This document shows, piece after piece, positions 41,418 to 51,256 of a stretch of 64,000 nt of DNA. Under the pieces are notes generated by a model, which did not search any database, was not told the DNA's origin, and saw only the letters and a program-made list of their open reading frames with translations. Each line of letters opens with the position of its first letter. The stretch's first letter is position 1. A program made the position numbers and the translations under genes. Source of the stretch: a virus (taxonomy: Duplodnaviria; Caudoviricetes); IMG/VR virus record IMGVR_UViG_2600255140_000004, positions 1 through 64,000 of that record; one strand, written 5' to 3'.

Positions 41418-41445
41418 GAGGTTTGGAAAATTAGTGGAGGGAAAT

Positions 41446-41833
41446 ATGGAAAGAGAAATAGAGAAAGATTTAATACAGATTGAAAGCGCTATAAAGAGCC
41501 AGACAGAAAAAGATAATATGTTTACGGTGGCGGTCTTGCAGAGATGCTACAGGCTGGTATCAGAATTGAAGGAATACAAGGGCTTAGAAGAACAAGGGAA
41601 ACTGCTGAAACTGCCCTGTGCGGTGGGGGGATGCAGCATACCGGGTAAATATAGCAATGAGGGTACAGGATATCAAGGTGTTTGAAACAGGAGGGACCTT
41701 GTCGATGAAGATAGGATGCGTTGAAGACATCTATGGCGGGGAATGCATCTACCTGGCTGGCGAGATTGGGGGAATGGTTTTCCTCACTCGTGAAGATGCA
41801 GAAACCGCATTGAAAGGAGAGGATGAAGAATGA
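41446..41833 (+). pseudogene. Phage-type protein frameshifted at G6 run (41625-30)
   Basis: EQGKLLKLPCAVG | DAAY...VFLTREDAETAL halves are in different frames. Confidence 0.6.
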
Positions 41834-42210
41834 GGGAAATATTGTTCAGGGCAAAGAGGAGCGATAACGGAGAATGGGTGGAAGGACTCTTGATACGTTG
41901 CGTTGTCGGGGAAATCCATATACAGAGGGTTGAGGACAACCTTTCCACAACCACGCATAAGGTAAACCCTGAGACGGTCTGCCAGTATACAGGATTGACT
42001 GACAAGGAGGGGAGGAAGATTTTTGAGGGGGATATCCTGAAACTGGAAGACTACCACGGGCAAAGGATGGTCCGTGTGTTTTACGGGGATTGCGGTTCCT
42101 GGTGTTACGGCGGTGACGGATTCTCTGATGAATACATATGGAATGGCAGCGGGAAGGAGGCTATCGGAAATATCTTTGATGAAATTTTCCCGATAACTGG
42201 TAAGAGCTAG
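41830..42210 (+). CDS. YopX-family protein
   Basis: MREILFRAKR..WVEG...CQYTGLTD..G.KIFEGDI...IGNIFD. Confidence 0.88.
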   Translation: MREILFRAKRSDNGEWVEGLLIRCVVGEIHIQRVEDNLSTTTHKVNPETVCQYTGLTDKEGRKIFEGDILKLEDYHGQRMVRVFYGDCGSWCYGGDGFSDEYIWNGSGKEAIGNIFDEIFPITGKS

Positions 42211-42522
42211 CATGACTTTTCAAGGCCTTCCCGTTTTTGGAACCGGGTTCCGGTTTGTAACAAGCATAGGAACACATAAATTGGGATTCTGGCATATAAC
42301 TGCAAAACGTGCCACATGTCCTTTAAAAGGCCGTGATGTTTGCAATGCATTATGGCGCAATCATGAGGGCATAGTTTTGCTCCACAAAACAGGCATCATA
42401 TCGTTTTTGGCTATACTATTGGAGGATTTAGGAATAAAGACCATATTCATAAATGATAGGAACATTAAGAAGTATCCCTTGTGGGGAACGGACAATGTCT
42501 AACATGCATAGGAGGTAGGAAG

Positions 42523-42768
42523 ATGGGCACAAAGACAACTTTAAATGATCTGAATGAATATCTGTTCCAGGAGATGGACCGGCTCACGAATGAGGACTTA
42601 TCCGCGGAGGAGCTGGATAAGGAGATCAAACGCAGTGATGCCTTGCAGAAGGTAGCCAAAACGATAATTGACAATGGAACCCTTGCATTGCAGGCAAAGA
42701 AACATTTGGATGAATACGGGCAGGGAGACAGGGTGGAGATTCCCCTGCTTGGAGTTACGGATAAATGA
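42523..42768 (+). CDS. Phage hypothetical protein
   Basis: TLNDLNEYLFQEMDRL..EDL...EIKRS. Confidence 0.7.
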   Translation: MGTKTTLNDLNEYLFQEMDRLTNEDLSAEELDKEIKRSDALQKVAKTIIDNGTLALQAKKHLDEYGQGDRVEIPLLGVTDK

Positions 42769-42848
42769 CTGGCTGAGGAGAATAAGGCACTTCGGGAAAC
42801 GGTACGGAATTTGCATAAAAGGGTCAAAAAACTGGAGGATTGGGATTG

Positions 42849-43463
42849 ATGTCTGGACACCGCTATACAGCAGAAGAACAAAAGTTTATGGAAGAATATG
42901 TTCCAGGGCACAGCTATAAAGAAATCCAAAAAGCGTTCACGGAGAAATTCGGGTGGGGGATTTCCCTTGGACAGGTCAATGCCTATATAGGGAACCATCA
43001 TCTGAATACAGGGCGGACGGGGCGGTTCCCCAAAGGGCATGAGCCTGTGAATAAAGGGAAGAAAGGAACTTGTGCTGCAGGATGCGAAAGGACCTGGTTC
43101 AAAAAAGGGCATGTGCCGGCAGGGCACAGGCCGGTAGGCAGTGAACGGGTAAACGTGGACGGGTACATTGAAATCAAAGTGGCAGAACCCAACATATGGA
43201 AACTAAAGCATAGGGTCGTGTGGGAATCGGCAAACGGCAGGATACCAAAGGGCTGCATTATCCTATTCCGTGATAATGATAAGACAAATACGGAAATAGA
43301 CAACCTGTTGCTTGTCAGGCGTAGCACACACGCGGTATTGAACCATACCGGCCTTAGCGGGTACAGCGGGGAACTTAAAAACACGGCCATTCGCCTTGCG
43401 GAACTGAAAGAGGCCACTTCCAAGGCAAGGAAACGGAATGGAGGGGGAGGGCATGACAGTTAA
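42849..43463 (+). CDS. HNH endonuclease-like phage protein
   Basis: FKKGH.P..RPVGSER..DGY...KHRVVWE...N..IDNL. Confidence 0.8.
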   Translation: MSGHRYTAEEQKFMEEYVPGHSYKEIQKAFTEKFGWGISLGQVNAYIGNHHLNTGRTGRFPKGHEPVNKGKKGTCAAGCERTWFKKGHVPAGHRPVGSERVNVDGYIEIKVAEPNIWKLKHRVVWESANGRIPKGCIILFRDNDKTNTEIDNLLLVRRSTHAVLNHTGLSGYSGELKNTAIRLAELKEATSKARKRNGGGGHDS

Positions 43464-43662
43464 TGTCGTTGTAATAACAGAACAAAGCTATACGGTCGAG
43501 ATTGACGAGCCGGAAGGCATGGAAGATGAAATATTCCAGGAATTGTCCTGCGAGCCATGCATGGATGACATTATGGATGTGGAATCATTCCTTGACGATA
43601 AAGGACTGGATTACAGTATGGCAGCAGGGGAAAGCGATTCAAGAATAGAAATATGGAGATGA
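43453..43662 (+). CDS. Small acidic protein
   Basis: GGAGG RBS; strongly acidic. Confidence 0.6.
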   Translation: MTVNVVVITEQSYTVEIDEPEGMEDEIFQELSCEPCMDDIMDVESFLDDKGLDYSMAAGESDSRIEIWR

Positions 43663-43767
43663 AGATAAGAATGCGGCTGATTGATGCAGACAGGATTAAA
43701 CAAAGTGTAACAAATCCTTTGGATTGGGCAGGTATTGGGCGAAGAAGAAAATAAAGGAGATGGGAGA

Positions 43768-43971
43768 ATGAACAATAATATAAGCTGGCTTACAACAGTT
43801 CCTGCAACGGATATAAATTTTAAGAGTCACTTGCAGCATGCGACGGTTGAGGAGATTAAAGAGGCACTCTTTGTTTTGGCTGAGAAAGAAGAAAAGGGAA
43901 ACAAATCACGGGTTACGGCTTTATCAAGGGAACTGCGGAAAAGGGAGAGAGCCGAAAGCAAGGAAAAATAA
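43768..43971 (+). CDS. Hypothetical protein
   Basis: RBS present; lies in operon. Confidence 0.6.
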   Translation: MNNNISWLTTVPATDINFKSHLQHATVEEIKEALFVLAEKEEKGNKSRVTALSRELRKRERAESKEK

Positions 43972-43990
43972 AATGGAAAGGTAGGAGAAT

Positions 43991-44269
43991 ATGAAAGTAA
44001 ATGGAATTATTCGTAGAGTTGATGATTTGGGAAGAGTCACAATTCCAAAAGAGGTAAGAAGAAAATTCAGTATTACAGATGGTACTCCGATGGAGATATT
44101 TACTAATTCTGACGGAATAATTTTAAGGAAATACAGCGCAGGGGAAGAATTGCTGAATATGGTTTCTGTTTTGGCAGAGGCTGTTGATGATTCTGTTGAT
44201 GATTTAGAAAGAGAAAAGGTATCTGCAATTCGTGAACATATCAAAGAGATAAGAAATGTCTTGAAATAG
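43991..44269 (+). CDS. AbrB/SpoVT-family DNA-binding protein
   Basis: GIIRRVDDLGRVTIPKEVRR. Confidence 0.9.
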   Translation: MKVNGIIRRVDDLGRVTIPKEVRRKFSITDGTPMEIFTNSDGIILRKYSAGEELLNMVSVLAEAVDDSVDDLEREKVSAIREHIKEIRNVLK

Positions 44270-44275
44270 GGGATT

Positions 44276-45019
44276 GTGGAGGGAAATATGAAGAACATAA
44301 ATCTTTATCAGGAAATGAACGATAAAATCGCAGATTTGCTTTTAGGTTGTGAGGATAATGGAATGTGCCTTTATGCCGGAGCATACATAAAGAGCCTTGA
44401 AGAACAGATTGAAAAATATAAAGACTTAGAGGAAAAGGGAAAGCTGCTGGAATTGGACAGTCATGAGGACAAAGGAAAAACAACATTAATTGATAAAGAG
44501 CTGGTAAAGGCATTAAGATGCTTGTCCAGTCAGGATGGAAACGGAGATTGCCATATAGAGCATCACAATGTCATGCATATGAATGGCGGTACTCCTGAGA
44601 TATATTGCGGAAACGAGCCGCATGATGGAAGAATCCAATGCCCATATTACCAAAACAAATATGATGTATGCTTTGAGGATGGAGAGTGCTGTGAATGGCT
44701 TAGGGCGGCCGCGGATAAATTAGAGAAAATGTCCGGGCGGTTAGACGAACTGGAGGGGCGTAAAGAAGATATTAAATGGCTGGAATGGGAAAACGGAAAG
44801 GAATGGGGAGAGATAGAGTGCCCTATGTTAGGCGGCAAAAGCGTCATGACGTACTATCCGGAAGGAGCTCCATGCTATTACTCCTATACGGCGCCCTTCG
44901 TAAGCGACGGGGATACCTGCTATTACAGATATGACCATGACGAGGGCTGCTGGGATGGGGATACATTATTCTGCATGGGTGAATATAAGGAGGGCGCAGT
45001 AATTAAATTCAGTGAATGA
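44276..45019 (+). CDS. Hypothetical mosaic phage protein
   Basis: Long ORF in operon. Confidence 0.65.
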   Translation: MEGNMKNINLYQEMNDKIADLLLGCEDNGMCLYAGAYIKSLEEQIEKYKDLEEKGKLLELDSHEDKGKTTLIDKELVKALRCLSSQDGNGDCHIEHHNVMHMNGGTPEIYCGNEPHDGRIQCPYYQNKYDVCFEDGECCEWLRAAADKLEKMSGRLDELEGRKEDIKWLEWENGKEWGEIECPMLGGKSVMTYYPEGAPCYYSYTAPFVSDGDTCYYRYDHDEGCWDGDTLFCMGEYKEGAVIKFSE

Positions 45020-45079
45020 GAGGAGAAGCGGAAGCCGCATTGGAGAGGCAGCAGGAAACAGAATGGGAGAAAGCAAAAA

Positions 45080-45472
45080 GTGAGAAGAAAACTAACCAAG
45101 ACAGAAAGAAAGATTGTATACGATAAATGCAGCGGACATTGTGCGTACTGCGGATGTGAGATTCCTTTTAAAGGCTTTCATGTAGATCATGTGCGCTGCA
45201 TGAGAAACTTTGAGTATATGGACGAAAGCATTGATACAGTTGAAAATATGCTCCCATCCTGCGGTAGCTGTAACCGGTATAAATCAACCTATGACTTGGA
45301 AACCTTCCGTAAAATGCTCTCTGGCATACCTCAGAGGCTTGCGAGGGATGTCAGCACATATAATATTGCGATAAGGTATGGAATGGTGGAAGAACACCAC
45401 GAGCCGATACGGTTTTACTTTGAAAAGATACAAGCGATGGCCAGAGAAGTGGAAAGGAGTAAGGGAAAATGA
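45080..45472 (+). CDS. HNH endonuclease
   Basis: CAYCG...VDH...N..PSC.SCN..K. Confidence 0.88.
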   Translation: MRRKLTKTERKIVYDKCSGHCAYCGCEIPFKGFHVDHVRCMRNFEYMDESIDTVENMLPSCGSCNRYKSTYDLETFRKMLSGIPQRLARDVSTYNIAIRYGMVEEHHEPIRFYFEKIQAMAREVERSKGK

Positions 45473-46017
45473 GAGAAATATTTGACAATCCCGACCTAAT
45501 ATGGAGAACAGCCATGACACAATACCAATGGTTACTCTGCCCATCCGCGGAGGAAAACCCGAACAAAAATCAGATCAGACATGGAGGCGAAAACCTGCCG
45601 ATTTTGTGTCGTTTGTACAAGAATGAGGCTGTGGTGGATATTAAGAATATGGAAGTTAAAAAGCAGAGGTATAGTATGGGTTGGAATGCTGGATATACAA
45701 TTATGGAAAATACGGTTGTCACTTTGTATGACAGTGGAATGCTTACAAGTGACCTTTTGAATGAAATCATGGAGCCGTACAAGGGGACTGACTGTGATTC
45801 TGGTGGTTCACATGATTTGAAAGCGAAGGATGGTTTAGGTGTCGAAGAAATTATCTGCAAGACCATGAAACCGGAAGAATACAAAGAAACGGTTGAAAAT
45901 CCCAAGTGGTATGAGGGAGAAGAACCAGAAACGGAATACCATGATAAATGGCGTTCTAATGAAAAGGCTTATAATTTATTTTCTTCCATATGGCGTGATA
46001 TATGGGGGATATGGTAA
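45469..46017 (+). CDS. Hypothetical protein (alternative start 45676)
   Basis: ORF in operon. Confidence 0.55.
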   Translation: MREIFDNPDLIWRTAMTQYQWLLCPSAEENPNKNQIRHGGENLPILCRLYKNEAVVDIKNMEVKKQRYSMGWNAGYTIMENTVVTLYDSGMLTSDLLNEIMEPYKGTDCDSGGSHDLKAKDGLGVEEIICKTMKPEEYKETVENPKWYEGEEPETEYHDKWRSNEKAYNLFSSIWRDIWGIW

Positions 46018-46403
46018 GTAAGACGGTGGTCGAATGTTGATATGGGGGAATGTTCAAAGTTGAATTTTCCAAAGGAGGAAAAGCAGTCATTAAATGTTGC
46101 GGAAAAATTTTTGACAAAAGGGAACCAGATGCTGTTATAGCTATTCAAAGAAATGCTGTAGTGGAATGGCGGCAATAGAATTTATGGAAAGCCTTGCAGA
46201 TGTGATTGACGAAGAGGTAAGGATGCCGGAGTTTTGTGAGGAATATTACTGTCCGAACTGTGGAACACGGTATTTGTAGGGGAGATGCGCCAGCAGGGAT
46301 AAAGCAGTAGCTAAAAAATATCATGTTGAGAATGTAGCGGAAACATACCCGTGCCTCCTAATTAAGGAAATGGGTAAGAAACTTGACAAAGAAAGGAGTT
46401 TTT

Positions 46404-47453
46404 ATGGACAAGAAAGAAATAAGTGAAATTAAGAAACAGTTTAAATTGGAAAACAATAGCGTGATACGGATCGCGTCGTGCCATGTGTCACAGGATGGAT
46501 GCAGCATCCAGCCGCCGACAGAATTTTTGAGGTTAACGGAAGACAGCGAGTCCAGATATCTTGCTCTTTTCTGCAAAGCTCTTTCCGGGAAAATTGGGAA
46601 TACGTTATTTAATATGGAATTCCCTCCCAAGGACGGGGCGGAGGATGCTTTATACAGGCTGCGTGATGGGCACCTGAAAGAGCAGGCATACGTGGAAGAG
46701 TTTTTTGGTATGGTGGCAAACAGCTATCAATGCGACGAAGATTATACGGTTATCCTTGCATATGGTTGCTATGATGCCCCGTCTGCCGACCCGTTTGAGT
46801 ACATCCTTTGCTGCATGTGTCCTGTTCGCCCGTCTAAGCCAGGGCTGTCTTATGATTCACAGAATGCCTCCCTCAAGATCCGGGATAAGGAACTGTGGGT
46901 AAGCCCGCCGGCGGATGCATTCCTGTACCCGGCGTTCAATGACCGGAAAGAAGATCTGCATGGACTTCTCTATTTTTCTAAAAAGGGCGCGCAGGAAGAA
47001 TTCCTGCGGCGGCTTGTAGGCAAGAACCGTCCGTTGTCGGAGAAAGAAGAGCGGGAGTGGATTTCAGGCACACTGGCAGATATCACTGATGGAGCCTGTA
47101 CCTTTACACAGGTCCGTGCTGTCCAGGAGTTGGCAGAAGAATGGATGGGCGAGGATGGAGCGCGGCAGGTTGGAAAAAAGGAGCTGGAATATATGCTTGA
47201 GGAGGCGGGATTCAGTGAAGAACAGGTGGATGCGTTTGACCAGGAATATGACAGGAAGTGTGCTGGAACGTCCCTGTCGCTGTCAAGCCTGGCTGATGAA
47301 AATGCGGTTGTCGTGAAAACAGGCGGCCTGCATATAAAGGCAGAAAACGGTACGGATATCCAAACAAAGACCGTAGACGGCAGGCTGTGTATCGTTATCC
47401 CCGTGGGCACGGGCATTGCAGAGGTCAATGGTATGGCATGTAAGCTCGGTTAA
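46404..47453 (+). CDS. DUF4317-family protein
   Basis: MDKKEISEIKKQF...YILCC.CPV..SKPGL.Y...FLYPAFNDR..D. Confidence 0.8.
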   Translation: MDKKEISEIKKQFKLENNSVIRIASCHVSQDGCSIQPPTEFLRLTEDSESRYLALFCKALSGKIGNTLFNMEFPPKDGAEDALYRLRDGHLKEQAYVEEFFGMVANSYQCDEDYTVILAYGCYDAPSADPFEYILCCMCPVRPSKPGLSYDSQNASLKIRDKELWVSPPADAFLYPAFNDRKEDLHGLLYFSKKGAQEEFLRRLVGKNRPLSEKEEREWISGTLADITDGACTFTQVRAVQELAEEWMGEDGARQVGKKELEYMLEEAGFSEEQVDAFDQEYDRKCAGTSLSLSSLADENAVVVKTGGLHIKAENGTDIQTKTVDGRLCIVIPVGTGIAEVNGMACKLG

Positions 47454-47545
47454 TGCCCTTTTGAGCATCTAAAAGAGGACGCATTATAGAAATAGTGAGG
47501 GAGTCCATAGGCAGAGGCGTGGACTCCTGTAAAATGATAGGGATC

Positions 47546-47944
47546 CTAACTGGATTGCCCAGTGGCTAGGTCAAAATATTTCCAAATGCATTTTGCATCG
47601 TCTTCCGATTTTGAAAACAGGTAGGGTTCCCGTTTGTCGTTGAATACTAAAAGGGTGTCGTCAAATTGATACATATGATACCGGTTCCCCCTTCGGAAAA
47701 TATATTTTTGGCCAGTATCAAATATGTTGTGGATGCATTTGATATCCATATGTTCCAGGATTGGGCTCCCCTTCCGTATTTGCCGTTCTAAAACGCACAT
47801 CCAATACGTGCAGCTGGCGCGGTATGGATTGCTGTGTGCAGCGCCGGATTGCCGCTCCTGATCCATGTAAGCAAGCAGCTGCCTTAACTCTTCATCAGTA
47901 TATTCCCGTAGTTCTGTCAAAGTCATATTATATATAGGATTCAT
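47546..47944 (-). CDS. Hypothetical protein
   Basis: GAGGGG RBS. Confidence 0.6.
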   Translation of the reverse strand: MNPIYNMTLTELREYTDEELRQLLAYMDQERQSGAAHSNPYRASCTYWMCVLERQIRKGSPILEHMDIKCIHNIFDTGQKYIFRRGNRYHMYQFDDTLLVFNDKREPYLFSKSEDDAKCIWKYFDLATGQSS

Positions 47945-48225
47945 AGTTTCCCCTCTGGTATTAATAAGTAGGATATATTTTAGCACAACCGTAACGCCCC
48001 ATCAACAGATTGTTGGCGACCGTAGGTGACTTCAGGGGGATTGTGCTGGAAGAAAGCAAAAAGAGCGGCGCTGATGCCGCTTTTTTGCATGGAACCGCTG
48101 GAATATGAGGCGCTTTCCAAATGTTCCTGTTCTATTGTAGCAGGAAGAGCTTTGGCACACAAGGAGGTATTTCTGTTTTCCAAAAACCCATATTAAGGAT
48201 GATTCCAATGGAGGGGGAAGGGGAA

Positions 48226-48918
48226 GTGAAAAAAATTTTGCCTATCATATTGCTGGTCATAACTACAATCACTACTACTGGGAACAAGGCAGATAGCAGA
48301 GCGCCTGATCCACCCGGAGAAAAAGTGCTGTATGGGCGGGTGTATGAACGTGTAGGCGAGACGGTTTCTGGAGCGGGCATCTATTCCAATCCTGAGAATA
48401 ACCGGGCAAAGCACTATGTCCTTGCAGCTATCGAAGATGCGGGGCTCCACGATGGGATGAGTGACTTTGAAAAAGCATGCGCGGTCAATGCGTATCTGGT
48501 GGACGAGCTTTCTTATGCGGATTATGCGACAGTGGAGGGGTATCCATATAAAGAAGACTATGTGCCGTTCACGGACTACTGCTTGCTTTCGGACCATGCG
48601 GTATGTGCCGGGTATGCGGAAGCGTTCCAGTCCATGTGCTGTGCGCTGGGGATTGAATGCTGGTATGTGACCGGATATGTCAGCAAAAGAGGGGAAATCT
48701 GTTATCACGCATGGAACTGCGTTGTGATCGGAGGCATGAGATATTATATGGATCCGTGCCTCAATGACGGATCAGATAATGCTTTCTGCATGTCCGAAAC
48801 ACTGTGGGCGACCCATGCAGTAGAGAAGGAGCACGAGATTTTCCGGATCAGCGGGCAGCGGCTGCCGTTCCCGGATTTGGTTCAGGAAAGACACCTGTCC
48901 GGGTGTGTGGTATACTGA
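48226..48918 (+). CDS. Secreted transglutaminase-like protein
   Basis: Signal peptide; VCAGYA, HAWN, YMD triad. Confidence 0.85.
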   Translation: MKKILPIILLVITTITTTGNKADSRAPDPPGEKVLYGRVYERVGETVSGAGIYSNPENNRAKHYVLAAIEDAGLHDGMSDFEKACAVNAYLVDELSYADYATVEGYPYKEDYVPFTDYCLLSDHAVCAGYAEAFQSMCCALGIECWYVTGYVSKRGEICYHAWNCVVIGGMRYYMDPCLNDGSDNAFCMSETLWATHAVEKEHEIFRISGQRLPFPDLVQERHLSGCVVY

Positions 48919-48931
48919 CGCCAGAGTTAAG

Positions 48932-49104
48932 GACGGACGGGCGGTAAGCCCTTTACGATAGATTTTTCCTCCTATCAGGAGCCGTAGGAAAGCCTGCGGC
49001 TCTGGATATTGACGAGACGGGGCCTTTGCCCCTATACATAAATTGACTACTCCTATTAATGATCGGAAAGGCGGGGCTTGGCAGATGGCTGGTCCCGTTT
49101 TTCC
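48932..49104 (+). ncRNA. Two tandem copies of a putative sRNA motif
   Basis: GACG(A)GA-hairpin-TAC..ATT..CTCCTAT-hairpin; TGgTATACT promoter at 48908. Confidence 0.6.
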
Positions 49105-49171
49105 GTGAATGGGATTTCACGAATTCCTCAAATTAACTATGGAAAATATTCATTATAAGGAGGAAAGGAAT

Positions 49172-49864
49172 ATGAACAGATACTATTACACTTATGGGAA
49201 CGGGAACGGGAGCGATGGCGGGGGATGGACTGAGGTTGTCGCACAGGACATGCGGGAGGCTCATGAAGTTTTCAAAAAACACCATCCGTGCCTTTCCCAC
49301 GGAGTCCTCAATTGTGCGGATTATTATACGGAGGCGACATTTAGGGGAACCGGAATGCGGGAAGGGAATTTCGGCAGGAAATGCAGGGAAGTCCTTTTTT
49401 CAGAAACAGCGCAGAAAGAAGGTGCGCTTATCCGTTATCGGTTTTTGACAAAAGCAGAGGACTATCGCCCGTTAAAGGATATGGAAAAAATCCGGATGCC
49501 GTGGTGGTGCACTGCGGAAGGAACCGGGGTTTCCATTATCGTCTGCTATCTGCCCCTGATGTTGGCACTCCACGATTTCTGGCCGGATGCTTTTGACATT
49601 GAATGGGAAGATAAAACGGAGATTGAGTACACAGACCGGTTTGTAAAGCCGGACTGGATGCCGGAGCCGACAGAAAAGGAAACGCTATGGGCGTATGAAA
49701 TCCTTGATCTTGCAAAAGGCATCGTGTGGGCTCCGGACAGGGAGGCGGCAGAGGTAAGGGTACGCAGACACTATGAAAATTACCCGTCTTATAGCCGGCA
49801 TACCCAAGTCCGTATCAACGTTCCTGCTTGCGACTATGAGAATGGCGTATATGAGTGGAGGTGA
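49172..49864 (+). CDS. Hypothetical protein
   Basis: Strong RBS. Confidence 0.7.
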   Translation: MNRYYYTYGNGNGSDGGGWTEVVAQDMREAHEVFKKHHPCLSHGVLNCADYYTEATFRGTGMREGNFGRKCREVLFSETAQKEGALIRYRFLTKAEDYRPLKDMEKIRMPWWCTAEGTGVSIIVCYLPLMLALHDFWPDAFDIEWEDKTEIEYTDRFVKPDWMPEPTEKETLWAYEILDLAKGIVWAPDREAAEVRVRRHYENYPSYSRHTQVRINVPACDYENGVYEWR

Positions 49865-49868
49865 CCGT

Positions 49869-50216
49869 ATGAGAGATTCAAGGTTTTTAGAGGACATTGA
49901 AGACGCTGCCCTTTTGATGCAATACTTATATGAAGGGAATACGGTTACGGTAAAGAATGCCATCGGAGTGCCATTGGAGATAACCATGGATGAAGAAGGG
50001 TACATTTTCCAAAAGAACTTGAATTTCCCAGAGTCTCCCAGGCATTTGAAAGCCTACCAGCTTCCGGAATGGCTGGGGATCATTGACCAGTTGAAAGGAC
50101 AGCCAGAGGAAAATCTGGCGGATGCGAACACCGGAAATGGGTTCCAAAATCAATGGGATGAAATACGTTTCATTACCCTTGCAAACCGTTCCCTACGCAA
50201 AGTGAAAAATCGCTGA
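49869..50216 (+). CDS. Hypothetical protein
   Basis: GGAGGT RBS; terminator follows. Confidence 0.65.
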   Translation: MRDSRFLEDIEDAALLMQYLYEGNTVTVKNAIGVPLEITMDEEGYIFQKNLNFPESPRHLKAYQLPEWLGIIDQLKGQPEENLADANTGNGFQNQWDEIRFITLANRSLRKVKNR

Positions 50217-50368
50217 CTGGCGATAGGTAAAAGAAGCCATCCTTGGCTTCTTTTTTTAAGCAGTGGCCCAATGCTCCGGGATGAAAACCATATTATTGAT
50301 AACACTTCGTGCCACATGAAGGCGGATATGCCTGGGTTTGTATAATTAAGGAAAAAGGAGGATTTTTT

Positions 50369-51256
50369 ATGCTCATTATTATTGACGGGAGTTCTATGCT
50401 GTCATCGGCATATTATGCCACGCTGCCTAAAGGCGGCGCAGGCGAGATCATGCACACAAGGGATGGGGTATATACGAACGGTGTCCTTGGCATGTTACGT
50501 TCCATATTTAAGATCATCAGGGAGCAGAAACCGGAGTACCTCGCATTCGCATTTGACCAGACTCGGAATACGTTCCGGCGTGAGATATACCCTGCCTATA
50601 AGGCGACCCGGAAGGAAACCCCGGAACCGTTAAAGCAGCAGTTTGCCACTATGCAGCATATCTTGGAAATCTTCGGTTTCCGTATTTTCTGTTCCGGGTG
50701 TTATGAGGCGGACGATTACGCGGCAAGCCTTGCAGAGCGTTTCTGCAGGAAGGTGCCGGAAACATTGCTGGTCACACGGGATATGGACTATCTGCAGCTT
50801 GTGGACGACGCAAGACGGATACGGGTACAGTTAAAGAAAGTGTACACGGAGAAGGAACTGAAGGAGGATTACGGCCTGTCTGAAGGAAGGCAAGTCGTGG
50901 AGTATAAGGCGCTGGTAGGGGACAAGTCAGATAACATTCCCGGCGTGAAAGGGATAGGGCCAAAAGCGGCTGTGCCGCTGTTACAGAAATACGGGTCAGT
51001 CACTGCGCTTTATCAGGCAGTGGATGCGGGTACGCTTAACTGCAGAACCCTTGGCATTCGGAAGGACGTTTTCCGCTGCCTGGAAAAGGGGCGGGAATCC
51101 GCATTCCTATCCCTGCGCCTGGCGGAAACAAAGCGGGATATCGACCTTGGCGTATCACTTTCCGACCTCCGATACTGCATCAGCCAGGACACCGTGCGCG
51201 AGGTCATACGCAGCTATGAGCTGGATTCACTAAAAAATGTTATGGGAGGGAAATAA
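50369..51256 (+). CDS. 5'-3' exonuclease/flap endonuclease (PolI N-terminal-like)
   Basis: IDGSS, FRREIYPAYKATR, EADD, GDKSDNIPGVKGIGPK. Confidence 0.92.
   Translation: MLIIIDGSSMLSSAYYATLPKGGAGEIMHTRDGVYTNGVLGMLRSIFKIIREQKPEYLAFAFDQTRNTFRREIYPAYKATRKETPEPLKQQFATMQHILEIFGFRIFCSGCYEADDYAASLAERFCRKVPETLLVTRDMDYLQLVDDARRIRVQLKKVYTEKELKEDYGLSEGRQVVEYKALVGDKSDNIPGVKGIGPKAAVPLLQKYGSVTALYQAVDAGTLNCRTLGIRKDVFRCLEKGRESAFLSLRLAETKRDIDLGVSLSDLRYCISQDTVREVIRSYELDSLKNVMGGK

Noticed and set aside
35434-46300. Complete prophage
   Set aside because: Only early/accessory phage-type genes; no terminase, capsid, tail, lysin or phage integrase
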